Shown here: positions 1 to 9,270 of the stretch, piece by piece
How the letters are laid out: each line of letters opens with the position of its first letter
Numbering within the stretch: position 1 is the stretch's first letter
DNA from: Planctomycetota bacterium
GTDB taxonomy: Bacteria > Planctomycetota > JAJSAM01 > JAJVHW01
Direction of reading: 5' to 3'
Assembly: GCA_965248445.1 (NCBI GenBank)
Contig: CBDFJG010000001.1
Coordinates: 407,979 to 471,978 of the forward strand
Length of the DNA stretch: 64,000 bases
The notes under the pieces: generated by a model
What the model was told of the DNA's origin: nothing
Databases searched by the model: none
Seen by the model: only the letters and a program-made list of their open reading frames with translations
Position numbers and translations under genes: made by a program

Positions 1-2
1 AC

Positions 3-2438
3 GGCGACGCCAAGTCCGCGTTCGAGATCTACGAGCGCATTCACGAGTTCCTGCCGACCGACCTCTCGGCGGCGGACCGGATGATCGAGATCTACGCGAT
101 GAACCCGGACGGCCGGGAGTCGCGTGCGCCGGAGATGATCCGGCTGGGCACCGAGCTGGCGGAGATCTACACCGACCTCGCCCGCCCGAGCCGCGCGATC
201 CAGGTCCTGCACCGCGTCGTGTCCCTCAAGCCCGACGATGAGGCGCTGCGTCAGCGGCTCATCGACGTCTACATGGCCACGGGCATGACCGGCGAGGCGA
301 TCGCGGAGTACGAAGCGATCGCCGAGACCGCACTCGCGACCGGCAACGACAAGCACGCCGAAGCGGTGTTCCGCAAGGTGCTGTCGATCGACCGCGGACG
401 GGACGACATCAACGGGCGCCTCAACAGGATCCTGCTGAAGCGCACGCGCGCCAAGCGGTCGAAGCGGCGCGCGCTGCTGGTCATCCTGCTCATCGTGCTC
501 GGCGTGACCGCGAGCGCCGGTGCCTGGCACTTCTGGACGATCTACAGCACCAAACGCACGCAGCAGAGCGTGCAGGCCACGTCGCAGCTCGCGAAGGTCG
601 GAGAGCAGTACGCAGCCACGTTCGATGAACTGCGTGGCGAGGTCGCCAAGCTGGCGGCGCGACTGGGCGATCCGCCAGCGCTGCTCGAGCTGCGTCAGCA
701 GCGGAGCGGCGAGTGGACGGAGCTGGTCACGCGCGCAAATCAGGCCGCGCAGGCGTACCTGTCGGTCGCCGAGGAGTTCCCCGGCACCGAGGCGGGCGAG
801 CACGCACTCACCGAGGCGGAGGCACTGCGCAGCCACCTCGAGGGCGTCAAGGGCCTGGAAGCCGACGCGGAGGAACTGCTGACCGCACGGGCCAAGCAAC
901 TGCTCATGGACGCCGAACGACTCGATCGCGAGACGACGCCCACGCCTGCCCTGCTCGAGGCGTTCGAGGCCGCCCGCGCATACGCCGAGCACTGCCCTGC
1001 CTTCATCGCCACCGAGCGCGGGCAGCGTCTCATGGACTGGGAGAAGGACCTCCGCCACAACCTGGCGGCGTTCGAAAGCGCGAAGGAGACCGTCGAGGAC
1101 CTGATGGCAGGCGGCGATGCCGACGGCGCGTTCCAGCGCGCCATGACCTACCTGTCGAACTACCCGCCGATGGACCTGGCAGCCCAGGTCGGCATCCCCG
1201 TGAACGTGACGACGCTGCCTGCAGGGGCCAAGGTGCTCATCAACGGCGAGGAGCGCGGCTTCACGAACGGCTGGGTGCTGATCTCGCCCCGCGCAGACTC
1301 CAAGATCGAACTGAAGCGCTCGGGCTACGAGACCTTCGAGATCCAGCGCGACGCAATCACCGAGCCGAACCCAAGAGAACTGCGCAAGCTGATCGATAGG
1401 GAGATCACGGCGACGCTCCAGAAGAGCGTCGCGTTCCAGTCCGCACCCATCGGGGCGGAGCTGACGTCGGTGACCGTCATCGGCAACCGCGTGATCGTCG
1501 GGACGCGCGGGGACAAGCAGGAGATGATCCGCGTTCCGGGCGGTCAGTTCGAGTGGGCGCTCCGGACACCGAACCCCGGCGGCGTCGTCGCACGTCCTGC
1601 AGTGAGCGGGAGCGTCGTGGCGATCCCGGGCGTCGACGGCGTCGTGTACTTCTTCGACGTCGACTCTCGCGATCCGCTCGGCTCCGTGAAGGTCGAGGGG
1701 CAGATCTGGAGCGATCCGGTCCTCGCGAGCGGACGCCTGGTAGTCGCTGATCTGTCCGGGCGCGTGACCGGCATCGACATGGCGAGCCGCGAGGTGGCGT
1801 GGCGCTATCCCGCCGACGGCGCGGCGCCTGTCGGGGCGGGGTTCCGCGCAAGTCTCGTCGCGGTCGCGGACCACGTGTTCGCGGCAACGGTCGACGGCGA
1901 GGTACATGTCATCGACGCGCGCAGCGGGCGCCGCACCGAGCGCATCGATCTGGACCCGAAGGACGACGCGGGTGCGGTGCAGGGCATCGCCGTGACGTCT
2001 TCTCAGATCATCGCGGTGACGGACCGCGGCAACTTGGTTCGCGCAGAGCGCGGTACGGGACGTGACCTCGGCCGAGTGAGCCTCTCGATCGCGCCTCGTG
2101 GCGGACCGCTGCTACAGGGCGAGACGGTGTTCGTCGTCGGCCGCTCCGGCCGCGTACGGGCCATCTCGCTGGCGACCGGCGCGGTCCAGGCGTCCCGGGA
2201 TCTGGGCGCCGACGTGCGCGCGTCCGCGGCGATCCTGAACGGGCTGGTCGTGATCGGCGACGCCGCCGGTCGGCTGACGGCCCTGCAGTGCGCCGGCAAC
2301 CAGATCGAGCAGGTCTGGCAGTACAGCGTCCCGAGCCGGACCGGTGCGGCGATCGGGATCGTCACGACGCCCGTGCTCCACGGGGATCGGATCGTCTTCG
2401 GGGCGGCGGATCGCCGCGTCCACGCGATCTCGAGGTAG
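3..2438 (+). CDS. 5'-partial large membrane protein: N-terminal TPR repeats, one TM helix, PEGA domain, C-terminal PQQ/BamB-like beta-propeller repeats
   Basis: The reading frame is open from base 3; the ATG at 81 is internal, so the gene continues upstream of the window. TPR-like helical repeats. Hydrophobic stretch RRALLVILLIVLGVTASAGAW. PEGA-like motif (GWVLISPRADSKIELKRSGYETFEI). Repeated W/G beta-propeller blades in the C-terminal half. Confidence 0.6.
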   Translation, partial: GDAKSAFEIYERIHEFLPTDLSAADRMIEIYAMNPDGRESRAPEMIRLGTELAEIYTDLARPSRAIQVLHRVVSLKPDDEALRQRLIDVYMATGMTGEAIAEYEAIAETALATGNDKHAEAVFRKVLSIDRGRDDINGRLNRILLKRTRAKRSKRRALLVILLIVLGVTASAGAWHFWTIYSTKRTQQSVQATSQLAKVGEQYAATFDELRGEVAKLAARLGDPPALLELRQQRSGEWTELVTRANQAAQAYLSVAEEFPGTEAGEHALTEAEALRSHLEGVKGLEADAEELLTARAKQLLMDAERLDRETTPTPALLEAFEAARAYAEHCPAFIATERGQRLMDWEKDLRHNLAAFESAKETVEDLMAGGDADGAFQRAMTYLSNYPPMDLAAQVGIPVNVTTLPAGAKVLINGEERGFTNGWVLISPRADSKIELKRSGYETFEIQRDAITEPNPRELRKLIDREITATLQKSVAFQSAPIGAELTSVTVIGNRVIVGTRGDKQEMIRVPGGQFEWALRTPNPGGVVARPAVSGSVVAIPGVDGVVYFFDVDSRDPLGSVKVEGQIWSDPVLASGRLVVADLSGRVTGIDMASREVAWRYPADGAAPVGAGFRASLVAVADHVFAATVDGEVHVIDARSGRRTERIDLDPKDDAGAVQGIAVTSSQIIAVTDRGNLVRAERGTGRDLGRVSLSIAPRGGPLLQGETVFVVGRSGRVRAISLATGAVQASRDLGADVRASAAILNGLVVIGDAAGRLTALQCAGNQIEQVWQYSVPSRTGAAIGIVTTPVLHGDRIVFGAADRRVHAISR

Positions 2439-2540
2439 CCACGCTCTCGGCTCCGAAGGCAACCGGGGCCGAGCCTCGGGCGGGAGCCTGCGTGCTCCGA
2501 GCCTGGATCGAGCCTGGCACCGTTCTCGCGGCACTCTCAA

Positions 2541-3758
2541 GTGAACCGAGGCGGAATCCCGATGGATGAGCGTCCCGGATGTCGGGAAAGGAGGCGGGCT
2601 GCCGTGAACTTGCTCGAACGCATCAAGAGAGCGCGACAGATCCATACGCTGCGGCGTGCGGTCAAGCGCTCCCCCTCCCCCAAGACGTTCGGGACCCTGG
2701 CGGAGCGGTTCCTGGCACTCGGCGAGCCCGAGCGCGCCCTGACCGTCGCGCAGGAGGGCCTGAGCCACTTCCCGGACTCCGAGCGGCTGTTGCACGTCCG
2801 CCTGTTCGTGAAGAAGAAGTCGCTCGCAGACGACATCCGGAAGCTGCGCCGCGACATCGCGCGCCGCCCGAGCCCGCTCTCGTACACGCAGCTCGCGCAG
2901 ATCTACCGCGAGCTGGGTAACGAGGACGAGGCGCTCGAGATGGCGCACGAGTGCGCGGAGCGCTTCCCGCTGAACGAGAACCCGTACCTGATCCAGGCCG
3001 AGATCCGTCTGAGCCGCTTCCTCCGCGACCTGGTCGCCAAGGACGCGGTTCTCGCGGAGCAGGCGCTCCGCAAGGTCGTGCGGCTCAACCCGCACCACGT
3101 CGGCGCGCACCTCCTGCTCGCGCAGGTCTACTACCTGGTCGGCGGCGCCGGCGAGACCCGCCGGCAGCTGCGCGCCGTGCTCACGACGATGCCCACCGCG
3201 AAGGAGGTTCAGACCTTCTTACAGCGTCTGCACGTCACGGAGTCGGACCCCTCGGACACCACGCCGTTCGAGGAACTCGCCCGTGCCGTCGAGCAAGAGG
3301 GCGCGTTCGCAGCGGCGCCGGACTCCTTCCCCACTCTGCACCCGCAAGCGCCTTCGGTGCCCTCCCAGTCGGACGCACGCCTCGACATGGAGAACCTGAT
3401 GCAGGACGTCGCGCGCCTCGGCCGCGAGCCCGGCGTGCGCAACTCAATCCTGCTCGACCGTGACGGAGAGATCTTGGCGGACTTCTCCGACGCAATCGCC
3501 CTGTCGCGCCGTCAGTTCGCGGAGCTCATCCGCAGCATCCGCGAGGTGGCAGATGACGCCAGCAAGCGAATGGACGCGGGCGCGCTCGTGCGCGCCGAGA
3601 TCGAGGGTCCGGGCGGCAGCATCACAGTGGTGCGCGTTCGCTCACTGACCATTGCGCTCCTCTTCGGTGATCCCATGCGACCTGATCGCGCTTGGGAGCT
3701 GCTGCAGGGGTTCATCGCGCGGCATCTGAGGACCGGCAAGGAGACGATCCATGCGTAA
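2541..3758 (+). CDS. TPR-repeat protein fused to a C-terminal roadblock/LC7 (MglB-like) domain
   Basis: N-terminal TPR-like helices. The C-terminal ~110 aa (ILLDRDGEILADFSD...ITVVRVRSLTIALLFGD) match the roadblock/LC7 fold. Start is ambiguous (2541 or 2562). Confidence 0.55.
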   Translation: MNRGGIPMDERPGCRERRRAAVNLLERIKRARQIHTLRRAVKRSPSPKTFGTLAERFLALGEPERALTVAQEGLSHFPDSERLLHVRLFVKKKSLADDIRKLRRDIARRPSPLSYTQLAQIYRELGNEDEALEMAHECAERFPLNENPYLIQAEIRLSRFLRDLVAKDAVLAEQALRKVVRLNPHHVGAHLLLAQVYYLVGGAGETRRQLRAVLTTMPTAKEVQTFLQRLHVTESDPSDTTPFEELARAVEQEGAFAAAPDSFPTLHPQAPSVPSQSDARLDMENLMQDVARLGREPGVRNSILLDRDGEILADFSDAIALSRRQFAELIRSIREVADDASKRMDAGALVRAEIEGPGGSITVVRVRSLTIALLFGDPMRPDRAWELLQGFIARHLRTGKETIHA

Positions 3759-4104
3759 CATCCTCAAGCGCCTCAACGACGTCCCGGGAGTGAAGGGCAG
3801 CCTTGTCGTCACGAAGGACGGCATGGTGATCGCCGCACACGTCACCCGGAACCTCGAGGAAGACCTCGTGGCCGCCATGGCCGCGGGAGTCATCCAACAG
3901 ACGCGTCGCGCACTCGAGAAGTACGGGCAGCGGCACTTCGTTCGCTTCACGCTCGTCGCGAGTCACGGGAAGCTCATTCTCACGGACGCTGGTCCGGCGT
4001 ACCTCGTTGCGCTGATGGACCGGAACGTGGAACTGGGACCGGTCGAGATCGAGATCGAGTCGGCCGCCATGCGGATCCGCAATCAGGGAGAGATCCGCAT
4101 CTAG
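3751..4104 (+). CDS. mglB: MglB-like roadblock/LC7 protein (GTPase-activating partner of MglA)
   Basis: 117 aa with a roadblock signature (KGSLVVTKDGMVIAAH...LVALMD). AAGGAG RBS upstream. Sits immediately upstream of the MglA gene; its start overlaps the previous gene by 8 nt. Confidence 0.7.
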   Translation: MRNILKRLNDVPGVKGSLVVTKDGMVIAAHVTRNLEEDLVAAMAAGVIQQTRRALEKYGQRHFVRFTLVASHGKLILTDAGPAYLVALMDRNVELGPVEIEIESAAMRIRNQGEIRI

Positions 4105-4122
4105 CGGTTCGGAGACAAAGAC

Positions 4123-5289
4123 ATGGTTCAAATCAACTTCGCGCTCCGAGAGGTCAACTGCAAGGTCGTGTACTACGGTCCGGGCATGAGTGGCAAGACC
4201 ACCAACCTCGAGATCGTGCACCAGAAGGCACCTGAGTCGAACAAGGGCGAACTCACCTCCATCGCAACGGAAGGTGACCGCACGCTGTTCTTCGACTTCA
4301 TGCCGCTCGACCTCGGGACGATCGCGGGCATGCGCACGCGGTTCCAGCTGTACACGGTGCCGGGTCAGGTCTACTACAACTCGACTCGCAAGCTGGTGTT
4401 GCAGGGCGTTGACGGCGTCGTGTTCGTCGCCGACTCCTCCGCGAGCAAGATGGACGAAAACCTCGAGTCGCTCGAGAACCTCAAGAACAACCTCGCCGAG
4501 TACGGCAAGGACATTCGCGAGCTCCCGATCGTCATCCAGTGGAACAAGCGCGACCTGCCGGACGCGCTCCCCGTCGAGCAACTGAACGCGAAGATCAACT
4601 CGTGGGGCTGCCCCACGTTCGAGGCCGTCGCGATCACCGGCGAGGGCGTCTTCCCGACACTCAAGTGCCTGTCCGGGATGGTCCTCGAGACCTTGAACCG
4701 CGATCAGCGCGAGGCGCCCGGCGCCCCGGGCCGGCCTCAGGCGACGAAGCTCGCCGCGCCGGCCGCCCAGGCGGCTCCTGCAGCCCCCGCGGTCATCGCC
4801 GCACCAGCGCCTGTGGCGCCGGTCGCGGCGCAGCCGGCGGTCGCAGCCGCTTCGGCGGCCTCCCCCATCCGGCAGGGCTTCGGTAACACCATGGGCGGTT
4901 CTCCGCCTGCTCCGCCGGTCGGCGTACCCAGTCGCGCGGGGCGGTTCGGTGGCGGCGGAGGCAGCGTATTCGATGAGATCAACGAGCAGGCCGCAGAGCA
5001 GCCGGCGCGCCCGGCCGCGTCCCCCGGCCTCGTCGGTGGTGAAAACGAAGGACCCTGGCAGCAGCAGCAGCAGAAGCAGAAGCAGCAGCGGCGCCAGGTA
5101 GACGCTTCGCCGCTCGAGACGTCGACCATTCGCACCACGCCCAAGAGCTCGGCGGGTGACGCACGGCCGCATCTGCGTATCAAGCAGGAGAAGTCGGTCC
5201 CGTGGGTGGCGGTCACACTCGGAGCACTCATCGTCATCGCGGTCGGCATCATCCTCTTCACGACCGGGCTCGTGAGCCTGCCTGTTTAG
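4123..5289 (+). CDS. mglA: MglA-family Ras-like GTPase with ~190-aa low-complexity C-terminal extension ending in a TM helix
   Basis: Residues 1-195 align closely with M. xanthus MglA (INCKVVYYGPG-MSGKTTN P-loop, RTLFFDF, TVPGQ switch II, NKRD). The extension is Ala/Pro-rich, contains a QQQQQKQKQQ run and ends in the hydrophobic stretch WVAVTLGALIVIAVGIILFTTGLV. Confidence 0.8.
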   Translation: MVQINFALREVNCKVVYYGPGMSGKTTNLEIVHQKAPESNKGELTSIATEGDRTLFFDFMPLDLGTIAGMRTRFQLYTVPGQVYYNSTRKLVLQGVDGVVFVADSSASKMDENLESLENLKNNLAEYGKDIRELPIVIQWNKRDLPDALPVEQLNAKINSWGCPTFEAVAITGEGVFPTLKCLSGMVLETLNRDQREAPGAPGRPQATKLAAPAAQAAPAAPAVIAAPAPVAPVAAQPAVAAASAASPIRQGFGNTMGGSPPAPPVGVPSRAGRFGGGGGSVFDEINEQAAEQPARPAASPGLVGGENEGPWQQQQQKQKQQRRQVDASPLETSTIRTTPKSSAGDARPHLRIKQEKSVPWVAVTLGALIVIAVGIILFTTGLVSLPV

Positions 5290-5309
5290 GCCCGTATCGG
5301 AGTTAAGTC

Positions 5310-5825
5310 ATGGACAGCCACACACTGCGAAATGACCGCCTTGTCTTCTACGAAGACCTGATTCGCGACGTCAACCGGCTGCTTCGGGAGTTCCTGAAGC
5401 TGTCCGGCGCGAACTGCGTCTTCCTCGTGGACAAGGAAGGTCACATGGTCACCCGTCAGGGCGTGACCCGCGACATCGACATGGACACCATCTCCGCCCT
5501 CGTCGCCGGCTCGTTCGCCGCGACGAAGGAGATGGCGCGCCTGCTCGGCGAAGACGAGTTCTCCGTCCTGTTCCACCAGGGCAAGACGGACAACATCCAG
5601 CTCTCGCTGGTGGGCGACAGAACCCTCCTGACCGTGATCTTCGACGAGGCCACCACGGTCGGCATGGTCCGCCTGTACGCGGCCGAGACCGCGAAGCGAC
5701 TCGGCGAGGTCTTCCGCAAGCACGAGATGGAACAGCGCCGCAACCCGAACAAGACGAACCCGGAGCTCGCTCAGGGCTTCGTGGGCAGCGCCAAGGACAA
5801 GCTGGACGACCTGTTCGGCGGCTGA
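5310..5825 (+). CDS. roadblock/LC7 domain protein (MglC/MglB-like)
   Basis: 171 aa with a roadblock core (ANCVFLVDKEGHMVTRQG...LTVIFD). GGAG RBS. Followed by a strong hairpin terminator. Confidence 0.6.
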   Translation: MDSHTLRNDRLVFYEDLIRDVNRLLREFLKLSGANCVFLVDKEGHMVTRQGVTRDIDMDTISALVAGSFAATKEMARLLGEDEFSVLFHQGKTDNIQLSLVGDRTLLTVIFDEATTVGMVRLYAAETAKRLGEVFRKHEMEQRRNPNKTNPELAQGFVGSAKDKLDDLFGG

Positions 5826-5848
5826 TCCAAGACGACGACGACATCCAC

Positions 5849-5879
5849 GAGCGGGCCGGCCGATAAGGCCGGCCCGCTC
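5849..5879 (+). terminator. intrinsic-terminator-like hairpin (13-bp perfect stem, gataa loop)
   Basis: gagcgggccggcc-gataa-ggccggcccgctc, located directly after the stop of the 5310..5825 gene. The trailing sequence is U-poor, so it is an atypical terminator. Confidence 0.5.
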
Positions 5880-5916
5880 TGATTCCAGTGCTGCGGTTCC
5901 TGTACGATTCGGCTCC

Positions 5917-8900
5917 ATGCGACGGATCGCCACCGCGCTTCTCCTGCTCCTCTCCGGCATCGCGCACGCCGGAGGAGGCCCGTCCGACACTGTCGTGCTC
6001 GTCAACGACGACAGCCCCGACGGACAACGGGTCGCGGCGCACTACCTCGTCGCGCGCGACATCCCCCCCACTCACCTGTGCCGCGTGCGGTCTTCGACCG
6101 ACGCAACCGTTCCCGTCGCCGACTTCGTGCGGGACGTGGTCGATCCCCTGCGCCGCTTCCTGGCCGAGCGGCAGCTCGAGGACCGAGTCCGGTTCCTCGT
6201 CCTCACCCAGGGCCTGCCGATCCGGCTGCGCGCACCCGGCGGCATGGTCTCGAGCGCCGCCGCGCTGGAGCTGTTGGACACGCCCATCTGCGGCAGCGAC
6301 GGCGCGCGTATGCCGCGGTATCAGAACGCCTACCTGTCGGGCGCCGCGCCGCGGACGACTCTCGACGAGTCCGGCCGGCTGATCCTGGTCACTGCCCTCA
6401 TCTCCTCCACCGCCGACGAGGCGATCGCGCTCATCGACCGCAGCGTCGCCGCCGACGGGACGGCGCCGAAGAAGACACTCTTCGTGTTCCAGGATGCGCG
6501 GGGCAACGCGGCGAACCGGAACCCGGGCTACGACCCGGCGCGCGCGGAACTCGAGAAGCTCGGGCACAAGTCCGAGCACGTGCCCGCCGGCGCCGACGAG
6601 GTCCGTGAGCGAAAGCGTGTGATGGGCTACATGTCGGGAGGCTCGTACTCCCGCCTCTCGGTCGCCGGAGTGGACGACAACGAGTATCTGCCGGGCGCGC
6701 TCTGCGACATGCTCCAGAGCTTCGGCGCGGTGCCGGCGAACTTCGTTCCCGGGGGGAAGGGCAAACAGTTCCCGATCACGCACATGATCCGCGCGGGAAT
6801 CACCGGAGTGCACGGCGCGGTGGCAGAGCCGTACAACATCACATTCCCGTCGGCGGATCTGTTCACGCCGTACGTCCACGGCTTCACGCTGGCCGAGACG
6901 TTCCACCAGAAGCTGCCGTTCCGCTACTGGATGAATCTCGTCCTCGGCGATCCGCTCTGCGCTCCGTACGCCAAGCGGCCGAAGGTCGTGGTGTACGGAG
7001 CTCCCCGCACGGGCTGGAGCGGAGAGGTCTCGTTCGTGGCCCGTGCGAAGGGCGCCGAGAGCATGGCCGTGTTCGTAGACGGCGTTCCGGTGACGGAGGG
7101 AGCGGGCGACGAGCTGAACGTCGTGATCGATACCGCGCGGTTCCAGGGCGGCAAGCGCCACGTCCTGATCGAGGCGACCGGTGCCGGCGAGGCGGAGCCG
7201 CGGGGCTGGACAGTCTTGCAGCCAACGTTCGTCAACGAGAACGTCGGAGTGGATCAGCCCGCATCCGCACCTCTGCCCGCCGGACTGCGGCTCGAGGTAC
7301 CGGACCAAGTGCAGGCCGGCGAGAGCTTCGAGGTGCGCCTCGTCGCGCTTTCAGAAGACGGGACGCCCTTCGCCCCAGGCGCACCGACGGCGTGGCTGTC
7401 CTCGGCGAAGCCGCCGGTGCGATGGGCCCGCGGCATCCCGGTGGACGGTACGCCCCACACACTGCGCCTGGTCAAGTCCGGAGACGTGACGTTCCGCGCG
7501 CAGATCCCCGGCGCGCACGCGGTCGCGGATGCGGTCGTGCGGGTCGCGTCGGCGGAGATGCTGAACGTGACCACACCGGTGTCCCGCGTCGCGCTCGGGC
7601 AGGTGTCGGACCTGCCGCTCCAGGCGGTCGACCGGTTCGGCAACATCGCGGAGGACTACTCCGGTCCGGTGCGCGTTGAAGCTCCCGGCAATCCCGGGGC
7701 CGACGTGGGCCGGACGGCGGAGATGGTGCGCGGAAGGGGCGTGATCCGAGACGTTCTGATCACGCACAGCGGACCGCGGCGTCTGGTGTTCCGGGACGGC
7801 GGAGGAGCGACCGTCTCCGGTGCGCAGGAGGGGATCCGCGTCGCGCGAGGAGCCGTGCGTGCGTGGGTGGTGTCGCAACCGTCGCGCGGCGACGACGCCG
7901 CGGCGCTCTTCAAGTCGGGGGCCAAGCTGCTGCCGCAGCGCCACGGCGACGTCGTGGACGGCACACTGTTCGTGCGCCATCGGGACGGAGACGACCAGAT
8001 CGATCTCTCGACCGGGTTGCGCGACGGTGATTCCGTCGTCGCCGTCGCGTTCGTGCACGCGCTCGCGGACACGGACGTGAAGGTCAACCTCGCCGCCAAG
8101 GGCCGGGTCGTGGTCGCCCTCGACGGGAAGATCGTGCACGACGGCGTCGTGGACGGCAGCGACCCAGCCAACACGAAGAAGCGCTCGACCGTCGCGAAGC
8201 TGAAGATCTCGAAGGGACGCCACCGGCTCTCCGTGATCACGGAGCGGCGCGGGCGGGCTGCGTTCGCGTTGGAACTGCAGGGCGGCGGCGAAGAGGGGCG
8301 GCTCGTGCGGATCGTTGCGGACATGGACGAGGAGCCGTCGACGATGTGTCTCTCCGGCCGGGTGCTGCGCCCCGCCGGCGCCCGCGGCGCGGCGGGCGTA
8401 TCCGTCGAACTGGCCGTCGGCGACGCGAAGCACACGACGAAGAGCGACGCGGCGGGGCTCTACTGGTTCGCGGACGTGCCGGCGGGTGCGGCGGTAGTGA
8501 CCGCTGGCAGCGCACCGGTCCGCACCGTCACGGTGGACGACGCGAACGTCACGGGCGTCGACATCCGTCTGCCCGATACGAAGGAGCCGACGGTTACGCT
8601 GCCCGCCGGGAGCGACGGCAGGCACGTCGGCTCGCTCCTTGTGCTCACCGCGGACGTGAAGGACGACGGCAAGGTGCGGCAAGTCCGTCTCCTTCTCGGT
8701 GGAGACGAAGCCGCGCCCCCACTCACCGCTCCGCCGTGGCGCTTCGAGGTCGATGTCGCGGGGCGCGACCGCGGTCCGCTCGCACTCGAGGTCCGCGCGA
8801 GCGATGCGTCCGGCAAGGAAGGCACGAGCGGCGAGATCAAGGTGCGCCTGGTCAACGACAAGAGCGGGCCGAAGGTGACGCTCTCCGGTCTCTCCGCGAA

Positions 8901-9132
8901 CGCGCTGCTCAGGAAGACCGCAAGGCTCGTTGCGAAGGTGAGCGATCCGATCGGCGTACGGAGCGTCTCGTTCTCGGTGGACGGCGCGCCGGGCGACACG
9001 CTGACCGCGGCGCCCTACGAGATCGCGCTGAACCCCGCCGCGTTCGAGAAGGGGAAGCACCTGGTCGAGATCGTGGCGAGGGACACGGACGGACACGAGA
9101 CAAAGAAGAAGCTGCCATTCCGCGTCCGGTGA
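5917..9132 (+). CDS. large secreted protein (signal peptide; TIGR03790-like N-terminal region; Ig-like/Big and carboxypeptidase-regulatory-like domains)
   Basis: 1071 aa. N-terminal signal peptide MRRIATALLLLLSGIAHA. CarboxypepD_reg-like segment (SGRVLRPAGARGAAGVSVELAVGDAKHTTKSDAAGLYWF). Repeated beta-rich segments. Confidence 0.6.
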   Translation: MRRIATALLLLLSGIAHAGGGPSDTVVLVNDDSPDGQRVAAHYLVARDIPPTHLCRVRSSTDATVPVADFVRDVVDPLRRFLAERQLEDRVRFLVLTQGLPIRLRAPGGMVSSAAALELLDTPICGSDGARMPRYQNAYLSGAAPRTTLDESGRLILVTALISSTADEAIALIDRSVAADGTAPKKTLFVFQDARGNAANRNPGYDPARAELEKLGHKSEHVPAGADEVRERKRVMGYMSGGSYSRLSVAGVDDNEYLPGALCDMLQSFGAVPANFVPGGKGKQFPITHMIRAGITGVHGAVAEPYNITFPSADLFTPYVHGFTLAETFHQKLPFRYWMNLVLGDPLCAPYAKRPKVVVYGAPRTGWSGEVSFVARAKGAESMAVFVDGVPVTEGAGDELNVVIDTARFQGGKRHVLIEATGAGEAEPRGWTVLQPTFVNENVGVDQPASAPLPAGLRLEVPDQVQAGESFEVRLVALSEDGTPFAPGAPTAWLSSAKPPVRWARGIPVDGTPHTLRLVKSGDVTFRAQIPGAHAVADAVVRVASAEMLNVTTPVSRVALGQVSDLPLQAVDRFGNIAEDYSGPVRVEAPGNPGADVGRTAEMVRGRGVIRDVLITHSGPRRLVFRDGGGATVSGAQEGIRVARGAVRAWVVSQPSRGDDAAALFKSGAKLLPQRHGDVVDGTLFVRHRDGDDQIDLSTGLRDGDSVVAVAFVHALADTDVKVNLAAKGRVVVALDGKIVHDGVVDGSDPANTKKRSTVAKLKISKGRHRLSVITERRGRAAFALELQGGGEEGRLVRIVADMDEEPSTMCLSGRVLRPAGARGAAGVSVELAVGDAKHTTKSDAAGLYWFADVPAGAAVVTAGSAPVRTVTVDDANVTGVDIRLPDTKEPTVTLPAGSDGRHVGSLLVLTADVKDDGKVRQVRLLLGGDEAAPPLTAPPWRFEVDVAGRDRGPLALEVRASDASGKEGTSGEIKVRLVNDKSGPKVTLSGLSANALLRKTARLVAKVSDPIGVRSVSFSVDGAPGDTLTAAPYEIALNPAAFEKGKHLVEIVARDTDGHETKKKLPFRVR

Positions 9133-9270
9133 GTCGCGGTCGTCAGTCCGATGGACCCGCGACTGAGGCGCCCCATACCGGCGTCGTCGTAGGGGCCGGG
9201 TTCCACCCCCGTCCGCGCGGGGACGCGTTCCGCACACACGAGAGGTCGGACGCAGAAGCCCGTCGAGCGG

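Noticed and set aside
3712-5172. 486-aa minus-strand ORF antisense to mglB/mglA, including a poly-Leu run
   Set aside because: Shadow ORF of high-GC DNA. It lies opposite two genes with strong homology and has no domain signal. The poly-Leu run is the complement of the CAG/Gln repeat.
5449-9237. Long minus-strand ORFs (619 aa and 628 aa) antisense to the 1071-aa secreted protein gene
   Set aside because: Arg/Pro/Gly-rich composition typical of GC-rich antisense frames. The plus-strand gene has a signal peptide and recognisable domains.
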